The position numbers and the translations under genes are program-made. From an uncultured Nitrospiraceae bacterium (GTDB lineage Bacteria > Nitrospirota > Thermodesulfovibrionia > Thermodesulfovibrionales > Dissulfurispiraceae): a stretch of DNA of 64,000 bases. The stretch spans positions 1 through 64,000 of the forward strand of contig CAVPIW010000008.1 in assembly GCA_963705105.1 (NCBI GenBank). Reading direction: 5' to 3'. Of the stretch, positions 11,805 through 20,947 are shown one piece after another; within the stretch, counting starts at the first letter, position 1; every line of letters begins with the position of its first letter. The notes under the pieces were generated by a model, which did not search any database, was not told the origin of the DNA, and saw only the letters and a program-made list of their open reading frames with translations.

Positions 11805-11940
11805 CTTGGTCAGACAGTGTCTGACTTTTTGGTAGTAATTGTGCAGACTCTGTCTGCACAATTGAGCGGCCCTGATATATCGAATAAAACTGCCGCATAT
11901 ACTCAAGGTTACGCTTGGAGAAACCGTTTCTCTTCTTCAT
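11805..11940 (-). pseudogene. Fragment of a DUF1016/YhcG-family gene
   Basis: GFSKRNLEYMRQFYSIY...IVQTESAQL matches the YhcG N-terminal motif; similarity is lost on both sides. Confidence 0.75.
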
Positions 11941-12001
11941 ATATTTTTCTGAAGACCAGAAAGCGGTGAAAAGCGAAGCGCATTGCAGAAGCATGGACGT
12001 G

Positions 12002-12040
12002 TGTATTAGTATACAGAAAAATGATGTGTATATGAATACA
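12002..12040. promoter_or_regulatory. Two TGTAT-N4-ATACA palindromes, probable TA autoregulatory operators
   Basis: TGTATTAGTATACA (12002-12015) and TGTATATGAATACA (12027-12040, overlapping the antitoxin ATG). Confidence 0.65.
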
Positions 12041-12271
12041 GCAAGATTGAACATAACATTGCCTGAAGATGTCGTGAAGATGTTAGCCGGCGTAAAAAAC
12101 AAATCGGCCTATATCGCAGACGCGATAAAACAGAAGAAGAAGATGGAAGACAAAGAGGCGTTGAAAAGGACCCTCGAAGCTGCGTATAAGGAGGCCGTGC
12201 ACGAAGATTATGAAACCTATAAGGAATGGGAGGACACGCTGAAGGACGGCCTCGAAGATGAATCGAGGTGA
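12032..12271 (+). CDS. RHH-type antitoxin of a MazEF-like module
   Basis: RLNITLPE...NKSAYIADAI and acidic tail WEDTLKDGLED; overlaps the toxin. Confidence 0.85.
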   Translation: MNTARLNITLPEDVVKMLAGVKNKSAYIADAIKQKKKMEDKEALKRTLEAAYKEAVHEDYETYKEWEDTLKDGLEDESR

Positions 12272-12614
12272 CGTTTACCTCGTTGACTTCGAGCCTTCCG
12301 TCGGGGCTGAAATCAGGAAGAAAAGGCCCGCCGTGATAATCTCATGCAATGAGGCCAACAAACACCTGAGAACCGTGATGGTAATCCCCTTTTCATCCAA
12401 AACCGGCAAGGTTTATCCCTTTGAAGTCCTGGTCAGGAAAGAGCAAAGCGGGCTGAATGTCGACTCAAAGTTAAAGATACCTCAAATGTGCTCTGTCGAT
12501 AAATCCAGACTTACAAAGCATATTGGAACTCTCGACGACGATCTCCTTTCCGAGACCGAAAGGGCGATCAAACTGCATCTTGCGATGGAAGATCGTTTGA
12601 CTCAGGGAGGCTGA
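12258..12614 (+). CDS. mazF: PemK/MazF-family toxin
   Basis: RGDVYLVDFEPSVGAEIRKKRPAVIIS and QMCSVDKSRL. Confidence 0.92.
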   Translation: MNRGDVYLVDFEPSVGAEIRKKRPAVIISCNEANKHLRTVMVIPFSSKTGKVYPFEVLVRKEQSGLNVDSKLKIPQMCSVDKSRLTKHIGTLDDDLLSETERAIKLHLAMEDRLTQGG

Positions 12615-12759
12615 TCACCCGATGACCTACGGCTTTTAGCCCAAATCCTCGAAGTCCTCGGTGGTCAGCCGTGGAAGACAGGAGCTGCGACAACGTGGGG
12701 GCTGACTTGAGGGGTGACTTGGGGGCACTACGTAAATCGAGGTTCTGGAAAGACAGAAG

Positions 12760-13074
12760 ATGAAACAGATAAAACCGTTTACCGGAAAGTGGCGTATCGC
12801 CGAAATGGAGGTGTGGGACCAGGATTACGTCGATATGGAAGAGCAGGGATACATCCGGATCGGCTCAGATGGGACGGGACAGGTTCAGTTCGGGCTGGTA
12901 TCCGGGATATCGACGGCCGCGTGGAACAATGCGGCAGTACGCCACGCTTTAAATTCTCCTGGTCGGGACAGGATGAAAATGATCGGCGACCGGCGGGTTA
13001 TTTACAGATTGAAGAGGGAACAGCATGTTGTAGAGATAATAGCAATACTTCCACGGGGCGACGCTTACAAATGA
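12760..13074 (+). pseudogene. Chimeric remnant: frameshifted hypothetical gene joined to a RelE/ParE toxin C-terminus
   Basis: FTGKWRIAEMEVWDQDYVD...QFGLVSG continues in another frame as DIDGRVEQ...FSWSGQDEND, then switches to IGDRRVIYRL...VEIIAILPRGDAYK (RelE-like tail). Confidence 0.65.
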
Positions 13075-13169
13075 TTCAGCAACCAATCAGGGGATTGCGA
13101 TAAAGCTGCTACGAAGGGTTGAAATATTCCATTCACTCACACTCGCACTGACACTCTCGCTGTTTTTCC

Positions 13170-13266
13170 TGCAGTCTTTCCTTGCTTCATAACTGCAGTT
13201 ATTTCACTGCACCAAACCTTTTAATCATTGATTATTAATCTTTCTTTCTCTGGCATACCTTGTGCA
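13170..13266 (+). promoter_or_regulatory. Sigma54 promoter with tandem upstream activator sites
   Basis: TGGCATACCTTGTGCA (GG-N10-GC) at 13251; TGCA-N9-TGCT at 13170 and TGCA-N10-TGCA at 13194. Confidence 0.75.
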
Positions 13267-13360
13267 TGACTCCAGTAATTGAATACCTGCACCAGTGCCA
13301 TTGCCGCATTCCCGCACTGCCGGGGATAAGAAGCGGAATGACGAAGAGGAGGTTGAAGCG

Positions 13361-14158
13361 ATGAAGATCATGACCGTGTACGACGGGACCGGGTACGGGA
13401 AAAGCGCTCTGCGTTATGCAATACAGAAGGCGGGGGAAAAGGGTGCCGAACTGATCGCCATCCATGTGTTCGACAGGGACCTGTTTCTCGTCTATGACGC
13501 CGTGCCCCGTGTGGAGGACTTCGCGCGGAAGGAATCGTCCCATCACGTCTCGGAGGTGGAAGAGATCATCAAGGCCGAGGGAAAGGGACTCAAGGCGAGC
13601 ATCTATGAAATCGAGGGTAACCCCGAGCGCGAGATCGTCAAGCTCGCGAAGGAGGAACAGGCCGATCTCCTCTTCGTCCCTCCCCGCCTGCGGTCTGTCA
13701 AGAAGAAGTCGCCCTGCCCAGTATCGGTCATTCCCGGGACCATCCTTGTCCCCGTCGATCACTCGACGGAGGCCATCGTCGATCTCGGTCATCTCGTGAG
13801 CGAGGCCAGGGCAACCGCCTCGGCGGTCCTTCTGCTCGGCATCATCCCCATTCACCTGTACAGCAGGGACGAAAAGGACGAAGTCGACAGGATAACGTTG
13901 CAGACCTCCATCACCGTCAAGGGTCTCTGGAAGATCCTGACGGAGAAGGGGATCGATACGAAAGAGGTCATCCGCTCGGGCTATCCCGACGAGGAGATCC
14001 TGAAGGCCGCCGACGAGAACAACGTCTCGATGATCGTCTTTCTCACGGGGAACAAGAAGCCCTCTGAGCTTGCCAAGGCGGAGACGATCATCCAGGACGA
14101 GCGCCAGAGACTGCGCGTGCCCGTCTTCGACGTTCCGGCGCACTGGCAGCCTGCCTGA
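13361..14158 (+). CDS. Universal stress protein, two USP domains
   Basis: MKIMTVYDGT, GNPEREIVKLAKEEQADLL, ILVPVDHS and GYPDEEILKAA; GAGGAGG RBS. Confidence 0.85.
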   Translation: MKIMTVYDGTGYGKSALRYAIQKAGEKGAELIAIHVFDRDLFLVYDAVPRVEDFARKESSHHVSEVEEIIKAEGKGLKASIYEIEGNPEREIVKLAKEEQADLLFVPPRLRSVKKKSPCPVSVIPGTILVPVDHSTEAIVDLGHLVSEARATASAVLLLGIIPIHLYSRDEKDEVDRITLQTSITVKGLWKILTEKGIDTKEVIRSGYPDEEILKAADENNVSMIVFLTGNKKPSELAKAETIIQDERQRLRVPVFDVPAHWQPA

Positions 14159-14192
14159 AAGGGAGCACAAAGAGTATAATGAAGTCATAGAA

Positions 14193-14397
14193 TTTGCAGG
14201 AAAAGGTGGGGCAAAACGCCTCAAAGCCTCGCTGATAGCGAGATTGATCATTCTAAGTTCGTTGATCAGGAGTCGATTCTTCGTGACATCGATCGTTTAC
14301 TTGAAAGGTTCCTCTTGGGAAGGCAAAGGTTTCGCAGCACCGATGCTTTTCGGCGCCTTTGCCCCACCTTGCCTGATGGCGTATGCAATGATACGGT
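14193..14397 (-). repeat. Inverted-repeat element, copy B (variant arms), abutting the kinase start codon
   Basis: TTGCAGGAAAAGGTGGGGCAAAACGCCTCAAAGCC ... TTTTCGGCGCCTTTGCCCCACCTT...TGCAATGATACGGT. Confidence 0.8.
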
Positions 14398-16057
14398 GAA
14401 TATAAGGGGAAAAATTTTTCTCGGCGGCGGGACCTACGTGTTTCTCGCCGCCCTTATCGGTTTTCTCGCCTTCCAGGAGATGCGCACCGTCACGGGGAGG
14501 GTGACGGTGCTGGAGCTTGCCGATGACATGACCCATTACATCGGAGAGGCGCGGAGATATGAAAAGAACTACCTCCTCTATGCGCAGCCCGAAGACCTGG
14601 ACGGGTTCAAGCGCAATCTCGGTCTCCTCAACGAAAACCTGGACCGTCTCCAGCCGAGCATCGTAGCCGCCATCAGCTCCGAGGACCAGGCAAAGATCAG
14701 GCAGGGACTAACGGACTACGGCCGTCTCTTCGATGAGGTCGGTCAGGTCCTGCGATCACAGGACGACAAAATCAAAAACCTCCTGACCCACGAAAAGAGC
14801 ATCGAGGGTGAACTCCATGACCGGTCGCTTCGTTCTTACATGACGATCAGAGACCATCTGCGCCACTTCCTGCTCAGCGAGACACCGGAGAGTTACCAGG
14901 CACTCATGAAAGATCTCAGCACCATCAAATTAAACGGCAAGGAGTATGCCAGATACCGGAACACGATCGATGAGCTGCACGGGCTGTACCAGCGCGAACG
15001 GAATACAGTGCTCAAGATGCGCGGCATCGCCCGTGAGATCCAGAGCTTTTTCGAGGGACTCGCCAAACGGGAGCGTGATGCCATCCACGTCGCCATGAGC
15101 CGTTCTCTGAACCTGCTCCTCTTCGCCCTCCTGTCGGCGCTTGTCCTCGGCGCCTTTGTCAACACGAAGCTGGCAGTGAGCATCGCAAACCCGATCCAGC
15201 GGATGGAGCGGATCACGAAAAAAATCGCAGACGGCGACTTCTCCGAGACATTGGAGGTGAAGGGGAGCGACGAGATCGCCTCCCTTTCAAAGTCCTTCAA
15301 CCAGATGGTGGAGCGGCTCACGGAGGCGCGCGCCTCCCTGGAGGACAAGATCACCCAGCTCAGGGAGAAGCAGATGCAGCTCGTGGAGGCGGAGAAGCTC
15401 GCTTCCATCGGGAAGCTCTCCTCAGGTATCGCCCACGAGATCAGCAACCCCCTCACATCGGTGCTGACCTTCTCGAACCTCATGCTCGAAAAGACGCCGG
15501 AAGACCATCCCGATTACGGCAAGCTCAGGATGATGGTCCGGGAGACGGAAAGGGCCAGGGACATCGTCCGGCAGCTCCTCAGTTTCGGCAGGGAGCTCCC
15601 GATCAATCCCGTAAAGAAGAACATCAACGAGCCGGTGAACGAGGCGCTCCAGTCCATGATCGCCCAGAACGTCTTCAGTAACCTGCGGCTCAATGTGACG
15701 CTGGCCGACAACCTGCCCGATGTCCTCATCGATCCCGAGCGCATCAGGCAGGTCGTATCGAACATCCTCATCAACGCCGTTCATGCCGTCATGCCGAAGG
15801 GAAGCATCGAGGTGGCGCCCCATCTTGACAGCGGCTTCGTGGAGGTCATCATTTCCGACACCGGCCACGGCATCCCGAAGGAGCATATGGGCAGGGTCTT
15901 CGACCCCTTCTTCACGACGAAGGACAAGTCACGGGGCACCGGCCTGGGGCTTGCCGTCAGCTATGGTATCATCAAGAAACACGGCGGCTGCATCAATGTA
16001 CAGAGCGAGGTCGGCACAGGATCGATTTTCACCGTGAGGCTGCCCGTCAATGTTTAA
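14396..16057 (+). CDS. HAMP-domain sensor histidine kinase
   Basis: Two TM segments, HAMP, IAHEISNP H-box, ISDTGHG, FDPFFTTK and GTGLGL. Likely GTG start at 14396; the upstream extension lies inside the repeat. Confidence 0.92.
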   Translation: MNIRGKIFLGGGTYVFLAALIGFLAFQEMRTVTGRVTVLELADDMTHYIGEARRYEKNYLLYAQPEDLDGFKRNLGLLNENLDRLQPSIVAAISSEDQAKIRQGLTDYGRLFDEVGQVLRSQDDKIKNLLTHEKSIEGELHDRSLRSYMTIRDHLRHFLLSETPESYQALMKDLSTIKLNGKEYARYRNTIDELHGLYQRERNTVLKMRGIAREIQSFFEGLAKRERDAIHVAMSRSLNLLLFALLSALVLGAFVNTKLAVSIANPIQRMERITKKIADGDFSETLEVKGSDEIASLSKSFNQMVERLTEARASLEDKITQLREKQMQLVEAEKLASIGKLSSGIAHEISNPLTSVLTFSNLMLEKTPEDHPDYGKLRMMVRETERARDIVRQLLSFGRELPINPVKKNINEPVNEALQSMIAQNVFSNLRLNVTLADNLPDVLIDPERIRQVVSNILINAVHAVMPKGSIEVAPHLDSGFVEVIISDTGHGIPKEHMGRVFDPFFTTKDKSRGTGLGLAVSYGIIKKHGGCINVQSEVGTGSIFTVRLPVNV

Positions 16058-16451
16058 CGTCAGGGCCATCGTCATTGATGATGAGGAGAGCGTGCTTGAG
16101 GCGGTCAAGGCGATCCTCGAGACGGAGCACATCGACGTGGACATCACGGCGAGCAGCCTGAAGGCCCTGGAGATGATTCGGCAGACACGCTACGAGCTGA
16201 TCATTTCCGACATCAAGATGCCGGAGCTCGACGGCATGACCCTGCTCGAGATGGTCCGTGATATCTCGCCGGAGAGCATCGTCATCATGATTACGGCATA
16301 CGCGACGCGGCAGTCCCAGGCAGAGGTGCTCGTCCGGGGGGCCGACGACTACATCCCCAAGCCGTTCACGCCGAATGAGGTACGCGCGCCCGTCAGAAGG
16401 GCCTTCGAGCGGAGGAAACACAGGAAACACACAGGGAGGGAGCATGGATAA
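16050..16451 (+). CDS. Stand-alone response regulator receiver
   Basis: VIDDE, ISDIKMPELDG, ITAY and PKPF. Confidence 0.9.
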   Translation: MFNVRAIVIDDEESVLEAVKAILETEHIDVDITASSLKALEMIRQTRYELIISDIKMPELDGMTLLEMVRDISPESIVIMITAYATRQSQAEVLVRGADDYIPKPFTPNEVRAPVRRAFERRKHRKHTGREHG

Positions 16452-17844
16452 ACTGAAGGTCCTGGTCGTCGATGATGAGATCAGCGTGCTCGAGGCGGTC
16501 AAGGCGATCCTCGAATCGGAGGGGGTGGAGATCTTCACGACGGCGAGCAGCCTCAACGCCCTCGATCAGATGAAGACCGAATCCTACGACCTGATCATGT
16601 CGGACTTCAAGATGCCCGAGATGGACGGCCTCCAGCTCTTCGAGAAGGTAAAGGAGGTTTCGCCGGACAGTCTCTTCATCATCATCACCGCCTTCGGCAC
16701 GATCCAGTCCGCCGTCGACGCCATCAGGCGCGGCGTCTATGACTATATTCCCAAACCTTTCAGTCCCGACGAAGTGCGGATTCCCGTGCGCCGGGCCCTG
16801 GAACAAAAGCGGCTCGAACGGGAGAACATCGCCCTGAAATCCCAGATCGAATCACGCTACTCTTTCCAGAGCATCATCGGCAACAGCCCGGAGATGCACG
16901 AGGTCTTCCGGGTCATGCGCCATGCCGCCTCGAGCGAGAGCAACGTCCTCGTCACGGGAGAGAGCGGCACGGGAAAGGAACTGGTGGCCCGGGCCATTCA
17001 CAGCAACAGTGTGCGGGCGAAGAGGAAATTCGTCACCGTCAATTGCGGCGCCGTGCCCGAAGGCCTCATGGAGTCGGAGCTCTTCGGCCATGCGAAAGGC
17101 GCCTTCACCGGCGCGATCGCGGAAAAACGGGGCCTCGTCGAAGAGGCTGACAAGGGGACCCTCTTCCTCGACGAGATCGGCGAACTTCCCCTCGTGCTGC
17201 AGGTGAAACTGCTGCGGGTGCTGCAGGACGGCGAATTTCTCAGGGTCGGTGATGTCACCCCCCGGCGGGTCAACGTGCGGCTCATCGCAGCGACGAACAG
17301 GAACCTCGCAGTCGAGATCGCCGAGAAACGATTCCGGGAGGACCTTTATTACCGCCTGAACGTCATTCCCATCGAACTGCCCCCCCTGCGGAAGAGGAAG
17401 GACGACGTCCCTCTCCTGGTATCCCATTTCATCGAAAAGCACCGCTCGAAGGCGGTCCTGAAGAATGTGGTCGCCCTATCCCCGGAGGCGATGCAGGTGC
17501 TCATGGCCTATCACTTCCCCGGCAATGTGAGGGAGCTCGAAAACGCCATCGAATATGCCATGGCCTTCACCGGCGGACCCACGATCGAGAGGGGGGACCT
17601 GCCGAAATATATCCTCGACGGCAAGAAAATGAGCGACGAAGCAAAATCCATACCGCTCATGCCTCTCCGGGAGGCCAAGATCCAGTTCGAGCGGGGTCTC
17701 GTCGCGGCGGCCCTTGTCGAGGCCGGCGGAAACATCTCGGAAGCGGCAAGGCTGCTCAATATCCACCGCCAGAACCTTCAGCAGAAGATCAGGCTGCTCA
17801 ACCTCGACGTCTCCGCAATCCTCACAACTCAGCACGAGAACTGA
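16444..17844 (+). CDS. NtrC-family sigma54-dependent response regulator
   Basis: Receiver domain, GESGTGKE, GAFTGA, FLDEIGE, FPGNVREL and Fis-type HTH. Confidence 0.95.
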   Translation: MDKLKVLVVDDEISVLEAVKAILESEGVEIFTTASSLNALDQMKTESYDLIMSDFKMPEMDGLQLFEKVKEVSPDSLFIIITAFGTIQSAVDAIRRGVYDYIPKPFSPDEVRIPVRRALEQKRLERENIALKSQIESRYSFQSIIGNSPEMHEVFRVMRHAASSESNVLVTGESGTGKELVARAIHSNSVRAKRKFVTVNCGAVPEGLMESELFGHAKGAFTGAIAEKRGLVEEADKGTLFLDEIGELPLVLQVKLLRVLQDGEFLRVGDVTPRRVNVRLIAATNRNLAVEIAEKRFREDLYYRLNVIPIELPPLRKRKDDVPLLVSHFIEKHRSKAVLKNVVALSPEAMQVLMAYHFPGNVRELENAIEYAMAFTGGPTIERGDLPKYILDGKKMSDEAKSIPLMPLREAKIQFERGLVAAALVEAGGNISEAARLLNIHRQNLQQKIRLLNLDVSAILTTQHEN

Positions 17845-17884
17845 TTCACATACCCGGCAGGATTCCTTTCCAACCTTGTATGGT

Positions 17885-17971
17885 TGTCATTCCCGCACCC
17901 CGCACTTGATGCGGGGGCGTCGGGAATCCTCCTGAAAAAACAAGAGAGATTCCGGACAAGCCGGAATGACA
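17885..17971 (+). repeat. TGTCATTCCCG...GGAATGACA double-hairpin repeat with an extra hairpin in its first loop
   Basis: Aligns to the reverse complement of 59469-59529 apart from a ~22 nt CCCCGCACTTGATGCGGGG insert. Confidence 0.85.
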
Positions 17972-18003
17972 GAACAGTGCACTCTGATGGTGTAAGAAGA
18001 GGA

Positions 18004-18063
18004 GTAGGGTCTGCTCCCCGAGCAGACTGCACATGTAGGGGCCGTTCGGGGAACGGCCCCTAC
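18004..18063. repeat. GTAG-type REP doublet
   Basis: GTAGGGTCTGCTCCCCGAGCAGAC and GTAGGGGCCGTTCGGGGAACGGCCCCTAC. Confidence 0.85.
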
Positions 18064-18134
18064 AGTTACTTGATTTCATTCTTTGTATTGTCCCCAATTG
18101 CCCTTTAACGAATGCCTTCCCAAGTGTGAACCCC

Positions 18135-18232
18135 CGCAGTAAAAACTTGCATGTGCCTTTGCAGTGAATGTGTGACAGGTTCCTTTTTTATATCTTCATA
18201 TCAAGCACTTAATAGATGGCATGCCGCTTGCT
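18135..18232 (+). promoter_or_regulatory. Sigma54 promoter with tandem activator sites and IHF consensus
   Basis: TGGCATGCCGCTTGCT at 18217; CGCA-N9-TGCA at 18135; TGCA-N9-TGACA at 18160; TATCAAGCACTTA (WATCAR-N4-TTR) at 18199. Confidence 0.85.
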
Positions 18233-18283
18233 TTTATGGATATCAAGAGTTGAAAAACAAGAAAATCCGACGGAGGCGGCACA

Positions 18284-18712
18284 ATGAAAATATTAGTTGC
18301 ATACGACGGATCGCTCAACGCCAAGGAGGCACTGAGGCACGGCATCGAGAAGGCGAGAGAGAGGAACGCCGAGGTCATCGCGCTCCACGTCTTCAACAGG
18401 GACATCCTCCCCTTCTATGACAGCCTTCCCGGCATCGCGGACAGGTTCGAGAGAGATGTCGCCAGGGTCGTCGGAGAGGCCGAGGCGATCATGCGCGCCG
18501 AAGGCACGGGTGTCAGGTCGCGCATCATCCAGTACGAAGGGAGCCCCGAGGACGTGATTCTCTCCTTTGCGAGAGAAGAGGAAGTGGACTTCCTTCTCTG
18601 CCCGTCGACCTTCAAATCCCTCTCGAAGAAATTCTCCGTCGCCCTCCACGAGCGGGCACTCGCCGTGGAGCGTGCCGCAAGAGAGGTAGCTCCTCAGACT
18701 GCCGCCTCGTAG
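18284..18712 (+). CDS. Universal stress protein
   Basis: MKILVAYDGS and GSPEDVILSFAREEEVD. Confidence 0.85.
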   Translation: MKILVAYDGSLNAKEALRHGIEKARERNAEVIALHVFNRDILPFYDSLPGIADRFERDVARVVGEAEAIMRAEGTGVRSRIIQYEGSPEDVILSFAREEEVDFLLCPSTFKSLSKKFSVALHERALAVERAAREVAPQTAAS

Positions 18713-18799
18713 AGCGACCCAATCAATTCACATGAGCCCGCGTCTCTCCCGGCATGCGGCCGGGGAGCGCGGGCCCGCACAATTTCCCGAGGGGGTGAC

Positions 18800-19321
18800 A
18801 TGCAGAACCACAAAACAGTAAGAGACATCATGGGCAGGGTCCTCGACTTTCCCTTCGCCCCGCAGTGGTGCACAGTCAAACAGGCCATTGACATCCTCCA
18901 AAAGGCACTGCCCGAGACCGGCGGGAGCGTCCATCCCATCGGTCTTCTTGTTTTCGACGAGAGAAACAACCTGCTCGGCTCCCTGGGCATCAGGGAGATC
19001 CTGAGGGGGCTCGAACCCCGCTTCCTCAGTCCTTCAAAGGAAGCGCAAATGCCGGAGCAGAGCGAAATGGAGCTGTCCCTCATCTGGGACACCCTGTTTG
19101 ATTCTCAGGCGAAGGATCTCGCCGATCACAAGGTCAGCGAGTTCATGATACCCGTCCGGTTTTTTCTCGACCCCGAGGACCCCGTCACCAAGGCGGCGTA
19201 CCTCATGGTCCATAACAATCTCACCTTTCTTCCCGTTCTGGAGGAGAAGAAGAAGCTCGTCGGGGTTGTCAAAATGGTCGATGTTTTTCAGCAATTGTCA
19301 AACTTATTATTACAGAAATAA
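18800..19321 (+). CDS. CBS-domain protein
   Basis: TVRDIM, KVSEFMIP and LPVLEEKKKLVGVV CBS pair. Confidence 0.85.
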   Translation: MQNHKTVRDIMGRVLDFPFAPQWCTVKQAIDILQKALPETGGSVHPIGLLVFDERNNLLGSLGIREILRGLEPRFLSPSKEAQMPEQSEMELSLIWDTLFDSQAKDLADHKVSEFMIPVRFFLDPEDPVTKAAYLMVHNNLTFLPVLEEKKKLVGVVKMVDVFQQLSNLLLQK

Positions 19322-19330
19322 GGAGCGCAC

Positions 19331-20851
19331 ATGATGGCAGAAGCGACGAAATATGCACCAAGAGGTTTTATCGAGGTACCGGCCGAGATCATATTCGCGC
19401 CGCCAAGGGCGGCCTTCGACTGGAAGAGGGTCTTCTTTATCGCCCTCGGCATCGGGCTCTTTCTTGCCATTTACTTCATGCAGGCCTGGCCTGCGGCAGT
19501 CGATCCCACGGGGAAGGCCTTTCCCCTCTCCCAGCAGGGCAAAGGAGCGATCGCCCTCTTTCTCCTGGCAGGCATCTGGTGGGTCTTCGAAGTCGTCCCC
19601 ATCGGCGTGACAGCCATCGCCATCGGCGTCTTTCAGGCATTGTTCAACATACGCCCCGCGAAGGACGCCTTCAAGGATTTTATGGACCCCTCGGTCATGT
19701 TTATCTTTGCCTCCGTCGTTGTCGGACTGGCCTTCACCAGGACAGGCCTGACGAAGAGACTCGCGTACAAAATGCTGGCCGTCGTGGGCGAGAAGACGAG
19801 CATGATCCTCCTGGGGGCCCTCGTCGTCACGGCCGGGCTGGCCCATGTCATGGCGCATACGGCAGCGGCGGCGACGGTCTTCCCGATTCTCCTGGCGATC
19901 TACGCCCTCTATGGTGAAGGCGACAGACAGACAAACTTCGGCAAGTCGCTCTTTATCGGCATGGCCTACGCGGCGGGCGCCGGCAGCGTCATCACGTTCC
20001 TCGGATCGGCCCGGGCCGCGGCAGGCGCCGGTATGTTCCAGGAGTTTACGGGCCGGACGGTCGGCTTCTTCGACCTAACCAAGTTTTCCATTCTGATCGG
20101 GTGGATCATGGTCTTCCTGATCTGGGCCTATCTCATGGTGTTCCTGAAGCCGGAAAAAAATGTCATCCCGGGACTGAAGGAGCGGGTGAAGAAGCTTTCC
20201 AGCCAGCTTGGTCCCATGACGGCGAACGAGAAGTTCGTTATCGGAACGGTTCTTGCCGCCATCGCGGCGATGTCGTTGCAGTCCTTCGTGCCGGCCCTGA
20301 AAAACCTTGATCGCGCCGCCATCATGCTCGTGTCTACTCTCCTCTTTTTCGTGTTCAAGGTGCTCACGGTCAAGGAACTGGAGGAAATACCCTGGAACAT
20401 CATCCTCCTCTTCAGCGGCGCCATGAGCATCGGCTTCTGCCTCTGGCAGACCGGCGCCGCCCAGTGGATGGCCGTGAACTGGCTCATCATGTTCCAGGAG
20501 GCCCACTGGCTCGTCTTTGTGCTGAGCATCGCCACCTTCGTGCTCATCATGACGAACTTCATCATGAACGTGGCAGCCATCGCCATCTCGCTGCCCGTGT
20601 CACTCGTCATTGCACAGTACCTCGGCGTGTCGCCCGATGTCATCTTTTACTCTTCCCTGATCACCGCCGGCATGCCCTTCGTCCTGCTCATCGGGGCGGC
20701 TCCGAACGCCATCGCCTATGAGTCGAAGCAGTTCACTCCGGGCGAGTTCTTCAAGCATGGCATTCTTTTAAGTATCATACTCATCGCCATCATCGGCGTT
20801 TTCATGCTCACAATCTGGCCGCTCATGGGAATGCCGATCCTGAGCAAGTGA
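19331..20851 (+). CDS. DASS/SLC13-family anion or dicarboxylate transporter
   Basis: Multi-TM; WWVFEVVPIGVT, IPWNIILLFSGA and APNAIAY motifs. Confidence 0.88.
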   Translation: MMAEATKYAPRGFIEVPAEIIFAPPRAAFDWKRVFFIALGIGLFLAIYFMQAWPAAVDPTGKAFPLSQQGKGAIALFLLAGIWWVFEVVPIGVTAIAIGVFQALFNIRPAKDAFKDFMDPSVMFIFASVVVGLAFTRTGLTKRLAYKMLAVVGEKTSMILLGALVVTAGLAHVMAHTAAAATVFPILLAIYALYGEGDRQTNFGKSLFIGMAYAAGAGSVITFLGSARAAAGAGMFQEFTGRTVGFFDLTKFSILIGWIMVFLIWAYLMVFLKPEKNVIPGLKERVKKLSSQLGPMTANEKFVIGTVLAAIAAMSLQSFVPALKNLDRAAIMLVSTLLFFVFKVLTVKELEEIPWNIILLFSGAMSIGFCLWQTGAAQWMAVNWLIMFQEAHWLVFVLSIATFVLIMTNFIMNVAAIAISLPVSLVIAQYLGVSPDVIFYSSLITAGMPFVLLIGAAPNAIAYESKQFTPGEFFKHGILLSIILIAIIGVFMLTIWPLMGMPILSK

Positions 20852-20875
20852 CATGGACAAACAAAAAAGAATATC

Positions 20876-20909
20876 CGAACCGTCGTCTCCTCCGGGAGGC
20901 GGCGGTTCG
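20876..20909 (+). terminator. Intercistronic stem-loop
   Basis: CGAACCGTCGTCTCC / GGAGGCGGCGGTTCG stem with G-U pairs and no clear U-tract. Confidence 0.5.
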
Positions 20910-20947
20910 CCTCGTCTTAACTATATAGACTACTAAGGAGAGCCTGA

